Assembly: GCA_045634385.1 (NCBI GenBank)
Contig: JAZRAE010000029.1
Coordinates: forward strand, 5,704-69,703
Length of the DNA: 64,000 bases
Direction: 5' to 3'
From: Eubacteriales bacterium
GTDB taxonomy: Bacteria; Bacillota; Clostridia; Oscillospirales; CAG-272
This document shows, one piece after another, positions 48,365 through 56,769 of this stretch. Position numbers and translations under genes: made by a program. Under the pieces are notes generated by a model. It ran no database searches. It saw nothing but the letters and a program-made list of their open reading frames with translations, and had not been told where the DNA came from. The number at the start of each line of letters is the position of its first letter. Position 1 is the stretch's first letter.

Positions 48365-49744
48365 ATGAGTCTTATTGATAAAATCAAATCAATGACGGGC
48401 AAAACGGAAAATACCGATGCTCCAAAGTCAAAGAATTACCTCACAGGTAAGGAAATACGCGCGATTGCCAAGGAAAACTCAAAAATAATGTTCAGACTTG
48501 AGAAATACAAGTACCGCAAGGCAGAAGAGTCTGAATTTACCACAAAGATGAAGGATGACAGAAATATCCTTGAGATCGACAATCTTAACACCTACTTCTT
48601 TACCGATCAAGGTATTGTTAAGGCGGTAAACGGTGTATCCTTCAACATTCCCAAGAATACCACCGTCGGTATCGTAGGCGAGTCCGGATGCGGTAAATCC
48701 GTAACGAGTATGTCTGTAATGAGACTTCTCCAGGGTCCCCAGGGACAGATATACTCGGGTAGCATTCGCTTCAAGGCTTACGACTACAAGCGTGACGAAA
48801 ACGGAAATCCCATTCCCAAGCTCGTTACCGATGAGAACGGTGATTACATCTACACAGAGCTTCTCGACAAAAAGGGACGCGTGAAGATGAATAGACGAGG
48901 AGAGGCACTCTACGTTCCTATGCAGGAGCATGACGAAAAGGGCCGCCCCGTATTTGAGACCGAGGAAAAGGTCTACGATATCGCAAAAATGCCTATGAGA
49001 GAAATCCACCGCATAAGAGGAAAGCAGATCTCGATGATCTTCCAGGAGCCTATGACTTCTCTTAACCCCATTTTCACCATTGGTGAACAGCTTGATGAGG
49101 TAACCTTCATCCATACTCCGGGTGCTACCAAGGAGATGGCAAAGGAGCGCTCACTTGAAATGCTTGAGCTTGTAGGTATTGCAATGCCCGAGAGAGTGTA
49201 CAATTCATTCCCTCACGAGCTTTCCGGCGGTATGCGTCAGAGAGTTATGATCTCAATGGCGCTTGCGTGTGACCCCAGACTCATTATCGCAGACGAGCCC
49301 ACAACGGCTCTTGACGTTACGATCCAAGCACAGATACTTGACCTTCTGCGCGATCTTAAGGATAGAATCGACGGATCTATAATGCTTATTACCCACGACC
49401 TCGGTATAATTGCCGAGATGGCGGACTACGTTGTAGTAATGTACGCAGGACGTGTTATTGAGCAGGGTACGGTTCAGGAGATCTTCCACGATCCGAAGCA
49501 CCCCTACACAATAGGTCTTCAGAAGTCGAAGCCCACAATGCGCTCAGGCGCAGAGTCGGACACACTCTTTAACATTCCCGGTAACGTTCCAAACCCTGTA
49601 AATATGCCTAACCACTGCTTCTTCAAGGAAAGATGCTCGATGTGTAAGGAAAAATGCTCGGGTGATTACCCCTGCATGGTACAGGTAAGTCCCACACACT
49701 ACGTTGCTTGTCACTTATATGGAGAGGAGGAGAACAATGGCTGA
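48365..49744 (+). CDS. ABC transporter ATP-binding protein (OppD/DppD-like) with an N-terminal extension and an internal insertion
   Basis: Walker A GESGCGKS, signature LSGGMRQR, Walker B LIIADEPTTALD, and a C-terminal oligopeptide-type Cys-rich tail. An extra segment lies between IRFKA and IRGKQISMIFQEP. Confidence 0.92.
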   Translation: MSLIDKIKSMTGKTENTDAPKSKNYLTGKEIRAIAKENSKIMFRLEKYKYRKAEESEFTTKMKDDRNILEIDNLNTYFFTDQGIVKAVNGVSFNIPKNTTVGIVGESGCGKSVTSMSVMRLLQGPQGQIYSGSIRFKAYDYKRDENGNPIPKLVTDENGDYIYTELLDKKGRVKMNRRGEALYVPMQEHDEKGRPVFETEEKVYDIAKMPMREIHRIRGKQISMIFQEPMTSLNPIFTIGEQLDEVTFIHTPGATKEMAKERSLEMLELVGIAMPERVYNSFPHELSGGMRQRVMISMALACDPRLIIADEPTTALDVTIQAQILDLLRDLKDRIDGSIMLITHDLGIIAEMADYVVVMYAGRVIEQGTVQEIFHDPKHPYTIGLQKSKPTMRSGAESDTLFNIPGNVPNPVNMPNHCFFKERCSMCKEKCSGDYPCMVQVSPTHYVACHLYGEEENNG

Positions 49745-50834
49745 AAACGAAATACTCGAAAACGTCGAAGTGGTTGAAACTTACGACGATGAGTCTATAA
49801 TGGCGGCGCATCTTGAGGCAAAAGAGGCCGAGAAACAAGCTGATTTTGAAAAGCCCTTTGACTCCGAGGCTCTGCTTGAGGTAAGACACCTCAGAAAGTG
49901 CTTCCCTATCAAAAAATCCATCACGGGTAAGACCTTGCAGGAGCTTATAGCAGTTGATGATATATCATTTAAGCTCAATCCGGGTGAGACTCTTGGTATA
50001 GTTGGTGAGTCAGGATGCGGTAAAACCACAATGGGTAGAACCATCCTTAAACTCCACCAGCCCTCCGGCGGTCAGATCATCTTTGACGGCAAGGACATAA
50101 CAAGCTACACCAACAAGGAAATGAGAGATATCCGTACTAAGATGCAGATTATCTTCCAGGATCCCTACTCATCCCTTCCTCCCCGTAGCACGGTCGGTGA
50201 TATCATCTCCGAGCCTGTCCTCGTACACGGTATCGTACCCAAAGAGCAGGTGAAGGATTACGTACTCGATCTTATGGAAAAATGCGGTCTTCGTGACTAC
50301 TACTACGAGAGATATCCCCACGAGTTCTCGGGCGGTCAGAGACAGAGAATCTGTATCGCAAGAGCACTCTCGGTAAATCCTCAGCTTGTAGTATGTGACG
50401 AGCCTGTTTCCGCTCTTGACGTTTCTATCCAAGCGCAGATAATTAATCTTTTGAAGAGCCTGCAGAAGTCTATGAACCTTACCTATCTCTTCATATCCCA
50501 TGACCTTTCCGTAGTTAAGTTTATATCGGATAAGATCGGTGTTATGTACCTCGGATCTATGGTTGAGTTCGGTAACAAAAAGGATATCTTCGACAATCCT
50601 CTGCATCCCTATACCCAGGCGCTCTTCTCGGCTATCCCTGAGCCTAACCCCGACGTCAAGATGAACAGAATTGTACTTAAGGGTGATATTCCCTCCCCTG
50701 CAAATCCTCCCAAGGGCTGTCGTTTCCATACGAGATGCCCTCACGCAACCGAAAAGTGTAAGCACGTGCCTCCGGCATATAGAGAGTTGGAGCCCGGTCA
50801 CTTCGCGGCTTGTCACCTTCTTAACGAGGAATAA
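49737..50834 (+). CDS. ABC transporter ATP-binding protein (OppF/DppF-like) with an acidic N-terminal extension
   Basis: Walker A GESGCGKTT, signature FSGGQRQR, Walker B LVVCDEPVSALD. Start at MAENEI with a GGAGAGGAGG RBS. Confidence 0.92.
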   Translation: MAENEILENVEVVETYDDESIMAAHLEAKEAEKQADFEKPFDSEALLEVRHLRKCFPIKKSITGKTLQELIAVDDISFKLNPGETLGIVGESGCGKTTMGRTILKLHQPSGGQIIFDGKDITSYTNKEMRDIRTKMQIIFQDPYSSLPPRSTVGDIISEPVLVHGIVPKEQVKDYVLDLMEKCGLRDYYYERYPHEFSGGQRQRICIARALSVNPQLVVCDEPVSALDVSIQAQIINLLKSLQKSMNLTYLFISHDLSVVKFISDKIGVMYLGSMVEFGNKKDIFDNPLHPYTQALFSAIPEPNPDVKMNRIVLKGDIPSPANPPKGCRFHTRCPHATEKCKHVPPAYRELEPGHFAACHLLNEE

Positions 50835-50837
50835 AAA

Positions 50838-51089
50838 ATGGCAAATAAAAAACAAAAAAAGCCTAAGGTCAAATATATCGACGATGGAAGAACCATCGCG
50901 GATATGTCAGCCTTCGGCACGGTTGACAAACGCTACACAGGTCCTAAGGGCGGTTTCAAAGCCTCCTTGCAGACCTATTGGAACGCGGTAAAATTGATGT
51001 TCGTGCCTATGATGGTCACGATAGGAATTATTAGTCTTGCATTCCTCATTATGTGGTTAATGTTAACTTTAGGTTACAAAACAAACTAA
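50838..51089 (+). CDS. Small basic single-TM protein (83 aa), last gene of the transporter operon
   Basis: Starts 3 nt after the oppF-like stop. Lys-rich N-terminus and a C-terminal TM (MFVPMMVTIGIISLAFLIMWLMLTL). No family recognised. Confidence 0.55.
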   Translation: MANKKQKKPKVKYIDDGRTIADMSAFGTVDKRYTGPKGGFKASLQTYWNAVKLMFVPMMVTIGIISLAFLIMWLMLTLGYKTN

Positions 51090-51094
51090 AAATT

Positions 51095-51132
51095 TCCCCT
51101 GCACGGTGGTTAAGCCTTGCAGGGGATTTTTT
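51095..51132 (+). terminator. Terminator of the protease/Opp operon
   Basis: Stem cccctgca/tgcagggg followed by ATTTTTT. Confidence 0.8.
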
Positions 51133-51134
51133 AA

Positions 51135-51284
51135 AGTTGTATTTCTCACGGCGTGAGAAGCTATATTTTTCATACAAAAAAATTATATTACGCCGAATGG
51201 CGCAGTTATATTGTTGCTAACCGCAAAAGTTATATTATGCAAAATGTCACAGTTATATTTTCTCGCGGTGTGAGCAGTTGTTTT
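51135..51284. repeat. Seven-unit 22-25-nt periodic array with the constant word AGTTATATT and variable, mostly palindromic fillers
   Basis: Word starts at 51135 (agttgtatt), 51159 (agctatatt), 51181 (aattatatt), 51204, 51228, 51251 (agttatatt) and 51276 (agttgtttt). Fillers include tctcac-ggc-gtgaga, cgcc-gaat-ggcg, ttgc-taacc-gcaa and ctc-gcggtgt-gag. Confidence 0.8.
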
Positions 51285-51296
51285 GAAACGCTATTG

Positions 51297-52109
51297 TCAT
51301 TTTAAAACATCGAGATTACGTTCTACTGTCTTTCTGCCGCGCCAAGCGAATGCTCGGCGAAGAAATGTCTGCTTATCCATAGAGTCGAGCAGCTCACGCG
51401 TCAACCGGGGAATTCTCTCGCGGTGAAAGAACTCTATCGGAGTAATCACGGGCTCGCGGTTGTATGGGCAGACACTTTGGCATATGTCACATCCCCACGC
51501 GGTGTTATACTTTCGCATAAGCGCGATTTCCTCCTGTGTAAGCTCCCCCTTACGCTGGGTTATTGCGCTCAGGCAGTCGATTCCATCTCCTCTTAAAATT
51601 CCGGTAGGACAGGACCTTTTGCAAGCACCGCAGTGCATACAACCTCCAACCTCGCGAGGCAAGATAGCACCCAACAATTCCGGCTCAATATCGGTAACCA
51701 CGTCACCAATAAAAACGTATGAACCGTACTTTTCGTTGATTATCAGACCATTGTCACCGACAACGCCGAGTCCCGCATGCAGGGCAGCCCCGACCTCATC
51801 TATCGGACTATGATCGCCGTACCCCTTTGCGGATATATCCGGATTACCTTCGCGCAGGGCTTTTATAAGACCGTCAGCACACTCTCTTAAAGCTAAATGA
51901 TAATCAAGTGAGGCTGCATAACGCGAGATATTCACCGTCTCACCCGTATAATATGGGAGAAGGTAAATTATAACACTACGCGGCGTGAAGTTCTCTCGCT
52001 CCATAATACCGGGGTTTATCTGTCTGCAATCCGTATAAGAGAGTACCGCATAGTATTCTATACCCAAAGAGGCAAAAAATCTATCTAAAACAGTTTTCAT
52101 TTTATTCAC
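51297..52109 (-). CDS. queG: Epoxyqueuosine reductase-like 4Fe-4S protein (short QueG/DUF1730 type)
   Basis: Two ferredoxin-type motifs (CMHCGACKRSCP, CDICQSVCPYN) downstream of a DUF1730-like N-terminal half. This family assignment is from memory. Confidence 0.6.
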   Translation of the reverse strand: MNKMKTVLDRFFASLGIEYYAVLSYTDCRQINPGIMERENFTPRSVIIYLLPYYTGETVNISRYAASLDYHLALRECADGLIKALREGNPDISAKGYGDHSPIDEVGAALHAGLGVVGDNGLIINEKYGSYVFIGDVVTDIEPELLGAILPREVGGCMHCGACKRSCPTGILRGDGIDCLSAITQRKGELTQEEIALMRKYNTAWGCDICQSVCPYNREPVITPIEFFHRERIPRLTRELLDSMDKQTFLRRAFAWRGRKTVERNLDVLK

Positions 52110-52282
52110 TCCAAGTTTAGTACATATATTCTATCACACCAAACACGAAAAAGCAATACATACATACTTTTTCGCATATTGACTTTGCGCGCGTTTTGAT
52201 ATATAATATATTTAGCGAAATGTTTTTATAGCTAAATTTTACGCATTTTTTTGCTATATGTAATTCAAAAAATGGAGGTCTT

Positions 52283-52999
52283 ATGTTTAAGCTCAACGAA
52301 GGACTACTCGCGTATTTATTTCCCGACGGAATGCATCCTTTAATTTTCTTTGGGTCGCTTTTCATCGTTCTGCTATGCGCTTATTTCCTCGGCAGCATTA
52401 ACTCTGCTATACTGATTTCAAAGCTGGTATACAAAGAGGACATTCGCACCAAAGGATCGGGTAACGGCGGTATGACAAATATGCTCCGTTCATTTGGAAG
52501 CAAAGCGGCGCTTCTAACTCTCGCGGGTGATCTCGGAAAAACCGCATTATCGATTTTTATTACCGGACTCATATTCGGCTTCTACTATTCCGCGGGAATT
52601 TCCAATAATAGCTTCTGCTACGTTGCAGGTCTTTTGGCAGTCATAGGACACATTTTTCCCGTATATTACGAATTTAAGGGTGGAAAGGGTGTGTTGGTAA
52701 CCTCTACAATGGCTCTCATTCTAACACCCATACCATTCTTAATGCTGTTTTTGCTGTTTGTTGTTATTTTCTGTATGTCACACTACGTTTCACTCGGTTC
52801 TGTATGTGTTGCCGTACTCTACCCCGTTGTACTTCACGGATACTTCGCAGTTGCTTTCGAGCGTCCCATGGATGGACTGATCGCTCTGTCGAGCATACTT
52901 ATCGCTTGTCTCATCGTGTGGTGTCATAGAGAAAATCTACAGAGAATCAGCAACAGAACAGAAAGAAAGACATATTTAAGAAAGAAAAAAGATGATTAA
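52283..52999 (+). CDS. plsY: Glycerol-3-phosphate acyltransferase PlsY
   Basis: YFLGSINSAILISKL..EDIRTKGSGNGGMTN motif, FKGGKGV motif, and multiple TM segments. Confidence 0.88.
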   Translation: MFKLNEGLLAYLFPDGMHPLIFFGSLFIVLLCAYFLGSINSAILISKLVYKEDIRTKGSGNGGMTNMLRSFGSKAALLTLAGDLGKTALSIFITGLIFGFYYSAGISNNSFCYVAGLLAVIGHIFPVYYEFKGGKGVLVTSTMALILTPIPFLMLFLLFVVIFCMSHYVSLGSVCVAVLYPVVLHGYFAVAFERPMDGLIALSSILIACLIVWCHRENLQRISNRTERKTYLRKKKDD

Positions 53000-54164
53000 A
53001 ACAGAAGCTTTTGTTGAAATAGTAAAACTATCATTCGACAAGGAAGTAATAAAGAAACTTGTATTTTCACGTCCCAAGTGTTCTGAGATCTCTAAAGTTT
53101 CAGCAAGACTTGTATCTCACAGAGGAAGGCGTATGCTTGCCTTTGAATACAGCTTACCGGGTAACACCGTGTCACATAAGAATATAGGTGAAGCGGAGAT
53201 AAGCTCTATTCTTGATGAATTGTTAAGCGAATACTCACAGGCTAATCTTATAACCACCACTGGTGACGTAGAATGGAAATTGTCTAAATCCGGCAAAGAG
53301 GCTTTGCTTGGAGCTGAAAAGCTGAAAAACAAGTTGCAATTCGAAACGGTAGGGTTCGAAGCGGCTATAGAAGCTCTTGACAATAAGAAAAACTATCTAC
53401 TCGTCGGCAATGAGGAATTTCTCATTAAGCTCGGTATAAGCGACAAAAACGGACGTGTACACGATAAACGTCAGGGCAAATTCAGACAAATTTGTCGCTT
53501 CCTTGAGATTTTAGAAGACACGTATCACGAGCTCCCAAAAGATGGAGATATTACCATATATGATCTCTGTTGCGGAAAGAGCTACTTGAGCTTTGCAGTA
53601 TACTACTATCTTACGGAGAAAAAAGGCAGAAAGGTTAAGATGCTTGGCATCGACCTTAAGCGCGACTGTATCAATTGGTGTGCAAGCCTTGCTTCATCAC
53701 TCGGCTACGTAGGTATGACATTTGTTACGGATGATGTAAGAAACACACCCAAGGGTGTGACTCCGGATATGGTTATCTCGCTACATGCGTGCGATGTAGC
53801 AACCGATATAGTTATAAACAGAGCAGTTGAGCTTGGCACAAAGGTTATCTTATCAACTCCTTGCTGTCACAGGCATATTAACGATAAGATAAGTGCAAAG
53901 AACCTGTCATTTGTGACAGACTACCCACACTTAAGAAATAAAATCGGTGATGTGCTTACCGATGCAATAAGGGTTGCAAGACTCGAATCCGAGGGCTATA
54001 CCGTAGCTGCACTTGAACTTGTCGACCCGGATGATACACCTAAAAACACACTCATCAAAGCAATAAAAAAAGGCTATCCGAGCAAAGAAAAAAAGGAGAG
54101 ATACGATATGATACTCGACTTTGTTCTTTGTGAGAAAAAGGATGAATACCTAAAGGATATTTAA
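52992..54164 (+). CDS. Class I SAM-dependent methyltransferase (substrate unknown)
   Basis: Motif I-like IYDLCCGKSYLSF and downstream LHACDVATD. The N-terminal approximately 170 aa are uncharacterised. Confidence 0.7.
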   Translation: MIKTEAFVEIVKLSFDKEVIKKLVFSRPKCSEISKVSARLVSHRGRRMLAFEYSLPGNTVSHKNIGEAEISSILDELLSEYSQANLITTTGDVEWKLSKSGKEALLGAEKLKNKLQFETVGFEAAIEALDNKKNYLLVGNEEFLIKLGISDKNGRVHDKRQGKFRQICRFLEILEDTYHELPKDGDITIYDLCCGKSYLSFAVYYYLTEKKGRKVKMLGIDLKRDCINWCASLASSLGYVGMTFVTDDVRNTPKGVTPDMVISLHACDVATDIVINRAVELGTKVILSTPCCHRHINDKISAKNLSFVTDYPHLRNKIGDVLTDAIRVARLESEGYTVAALELVDPDDTPKNTLIKAIKKGYPSKEKKERYDMILDFVLCEKKDEYLKDI

Positions 54165-54175
54165 CGGATCAAGAT

Positions 54176-54613
54176 ATGATTTACAGAGCAAATAACGATG
54201 CCGAAACTGAACAAATCGGTAAAAAACTTGCAGAAAAGCTAACAAAACTTAACATAAAACGTGCATATATAGCTATGCAAGGCGAAATGGGCGTTGGCAA
54301 AACAGTCTTTACCAGAGGCTTTGTTTCACACTTTGGACGAGCAAACGTAAAAAGTCCAACGTATACTATAGTCAATGAATACAAGGTTGGAGGAGTAAAA
54401 ATCTACCACTTCGACCTATACAGAATATCCGACTCAGACGACCTTGAGAGCATTGGATACCACGAGTACGTGGAGTCAGATGCATACTCAATAGTTGAGT
54501 GGAGCGAGAGAGTGCCCGAGTATATCCCCGAGGATGCCTTAACCGTCACAATATCAAGAGTTGCTGACAACGAGTCGGCGAGGAATATAAGCATCACAGG
54601 AGGCATGATATGA
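54176..54613 (+). CDS. tsaE: tRNA t6A37 biosynthesis ATPase TsaE
   Basis: GEMGVGKTVFTRG P-loop, SPTYTIVNEY and HFDLYR motifs. Confidence 0.92.
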   Translation: MIYRANNDAETEQIGKKLAEKLTKLNIKRAYIAMQGEMGVGKTVFTRGFVSHFGRANVKSPTYTIVNEYKVGGVKIYHFDLYRISDSDDLESIGYHEYVESDAYSIVEWSERVPEYIPEDALTVTISRVADNESARNISITGGMI

Positions 54614-55338
54614 TCATACTTGCTTTTGACAGTACGGCAAAGGCTGCATCTGTTGCAGTGTGCGAAGATGAAAAGCTTCTTGCCCTCTACAATATTGACA
54701 ACGGCCTGACGCAGAGCGAGTTGCTTTTGCCTATGGCAGAAAATATGCTAAAGTGCCTTAATCTCACATTTGACGATATAGGACTTCTCGCCTGTGCGGT
54801 TGGTCCGGGCTCATTTACAGGTGTCAGAATCGGCGTGGCTCTCGTCAAGGGAATTGCATTTGGCAAGAATATTCCCTGCGTTTCGGTATCGACTCTCGAC
54901 GAGTTGGCTGAGAATCTCAGGGGACTTGACGGAATCATCGTTCCCTGTATGGATGCGCGCCGCGCTCAGGTGTACACCGCAACGTATAAGGGCGAAAACG
55001 GAGAGCTGACAAAGCTTACCGAGGATCGCGCAATTGCAATCAACGAGCTTGCGAACGAACTGCGTGAATACGATGGCACACCGATATATCTCTCCGGTGA
55101 TGGCTATGACGTTGCAAAGCGCGGACTCGAAGCGGTGGGTATCAAGGTTAACTTAACGCCTCAGCTCCTTATCACCGAGAACGCCTATTCAATAGCTCTT
55201 ATTGCTAAGAAAAAATACGATGCCGGTGAATACGGCTCGGATCTTGATATTGCTCCAACTTATCTGCGTATGCCACAGGCAGAGCGCGAGAGACTCGAAA
55301 GAATTGCCAAAGAAAAAGAAGAAAACATAAATAAGTGA
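54610..55338 (+). CDS. tsaB: tRNA t6A37 biosynthesis protein TsaB
   Basis: ILAFDST and GPGSFTGVRIGVA motifs. Overlaps the tsaE stop. Confidence 0.9.
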   Translation: MIILAFDSTAKAASVAVCEDEKLLALYNIDNGLTQSELLLPMAENMLKCLNLTFDDIGLLACAVGPGSFTGVRIGVALVKGIAFGKNIPCVSVSTLDELAENLRGLDGIIVPCMDARRAQVYTATYKGENGELTKLTEDRAIAINELANELREYDGTPIYLSGDGYDVAKRGLEAVGIKVNLTPQLLITENAYSIALIAKKKYDAGEYGSDLDIAPTYLRMPQAERERLERIAKEKEENINK

Positions 55339-55348
55339 GGATACAAAA

Positions 55349-55795
55349 ATGAGGAAAATATATATAGGAGCAGACAGCGCAGGATATACCCTGAAAACGG
55401 AGGTTATTCCCTACCTCGAGGAAAAAGGATACGAGGTCATCGACTGCGGCACAAACAGTACTGCATCCTGCCATTATCCCCTATTTGCAAATGCAGTTTG
55501 TGAAAATGTAAAGGATGATCTTGAAGGTTCTTTCGGTATTCTTATCTGCGGTACAGGTATTGGTATGTCGATGTGTGCAAATAAGCACAAGGGCATCCGT
55601 GCGGCACTTTGCTCGGACACCTATTCGGCAAAAATGACAAGACTTCACAATGATGCCAACGTTCTTTGCATCGGTGCAAGAGTTATCGGCTCATGTCTTG
55701 CACTCGACATCATTGACTCCTTCCTTGCGCATCCTTTTGAGGGAGGCAGACACGCGACAAGAGTGGATATGATGATGGAGATTGAAAAGCAGTAA
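55349..55795 (+). CDS. rpiB: Ribose-5-phosphate isomerase B
   Basis: ICGTGIGMSMCANKHKGIRAA motif. 148 aa. Confidence 0.93.
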   Translation: MRKIYIGADSAGYTLKTEVIPYLEEKGYEVIDCGTNSTASCHYPLFANAVCENVKDDLEGSFGILICGTGIGMSMCANKHKGIRAALCSDTYSAKMTRLHNDANVLCIGARVIGSCLALDIIDSFLAHPFEGGRHATRVDMMMEIEKQ

Positions 55796-55908
55796 TTTTC
55801 TTTAATTACACAAAACAATACAGAGCGGTTAGCACAGTGTTAAAAACGATGTGTTTGCCGCTCTATTTTATTTATATGCAAATAATTGTTGTCAAATAAA
55901 CTTATTTA

Positions 55909-56616
55909 TCAGAAATTATCCGAAATGATTTCTTTCAAAGTATTATCACTTAATATCAACTTGCCGTATTCAGAAAGCACTTGAATAGGAAGATCGGATA
56001 TTCTCTGTGCAAATTCAATCAAGGCTACTACCTGTGAAATTCCATCGGTTATTTCCTCATCTATGCTTATGTAATATCTGCCCGATTCATCGGAGTAAAG
56101 CTCGCACTCTACTCCTTCACGGTATATCGCATTCGCCGCACGAATGAGGTTCTCTCTCGAATCAAAGCGATAAATTCCTCGCCTTTTTTCCATTGTCGTA
56201 AGCCCGTCAACACTATTGAGCATACCTCTGTCGCGCGATGTGAGACCTGTGAGTTTGGTGACAAAAATTTCGCACTCGCCGCTCGGCATCGGATATAGCT
56301 GAACAAGTATCTTCTCGTTCGTGACAGAAAATCCACACTCATCCCCGGAAAGAGTAAGTATATCTCTCACAACCTGTTTTATCTCTGTTCTGCTAAACTC
56401 ACTTTTTGTAGTATCTATTCCATAATTCACGCACTCTTCGGCTGAAAGTATCACCTTCAGCTTCGTATCATTAATATTCAAAAAATTCAATATTTCTACC
56501 TCTATCTTTAATAACCTATATCCATTGTACTCCTTTTTGCCGTCAAATGATACAAGTAAATGATGTGTTCTCTTCCTTATTTTTCTTTTTTTCTTTGTTT
56601 TAAACTTTTTCTTCAT
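55909..56616 (-). CDS. mecA: Adaptor protein MecA (true start probably an internal TTG near 56494)
   Basis: The C-terminus ..YYISIDEE...LIEFAQRISDLPIQVLSEYGKLILSDNTLKEII matches the MecA C-terminal domain pattern (..EEYGKLII...L..I). The Lys/Arg-rich first approximately 40 codons of the ORF look like spurious extension. Confidence 0.75.
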   Translation of the reverse strand: MKKKFKTKKKRKIRKRTHHLLVSFDGKKEYNGYRLLKIEVEILNFLNINDTKLKVILSAEECVNYGIDTTKSEFSRTEIKQVVRDILTLSGDECGFSVTNEKILVQLYPMPSGECEIFVTKLTGLTSRDRGMLNSVDGLTTMEKRRGIYRFDSRENLIRAANAIYREGVECELYSDESGRYYISIDEEITDGISQVVALIEFAQRISDLPIQVLSEYGKLILSDNTLKEIISDNF

Positions 56617-56699
56617 TTTTTAGAAAAAAGTGTTGATTTTAAAAACAAAATATGCTAAAATATATCACCGCAGGGATTTTTCCCTCTTTTTTTTAAAAC

Positions 56700-56769
56700 G
56701 GTGAGTTCGAGACCTTCCTCACCGTAGAGTGCTTTGCATTCTGACAAAAACAAAACTAAAGGAGAAAAA
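56700..56769 (+). ncRNA. Possible preQ1-class riboswitch leader of queT
   Basis: Hairpin cggtgag-UUCGAGACCUUC-ctcaccg, a second small hairpin, then an A-rich tail ACAAAAACAAAACUAAAGGAG that ends in the RBS. preQ1-I/II riboswitches are known to control QueT (COG4708) genes. The extra hairpin is atypical, so this is a tentative call. Confidence 0.4.

Noticed and set aside
51135-51284. Short periodic repeats here and at 61611..61690 considered as CRISPR arrays.
   Set aside because: The constant units are only 9-11 nt and the variable parts 9-16 nt, far below CRISPR repeat and spacer sizes. No cas genes or leader are present.
56701-56727. GTTCGAGAC sequence resembling a tRNA T-loop.
   Set aside because: There are no acceptor, D or anticodon arms around it. 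The local hairpin has a 12-nt loop, and the sequence is better explained as part of the queT leader.
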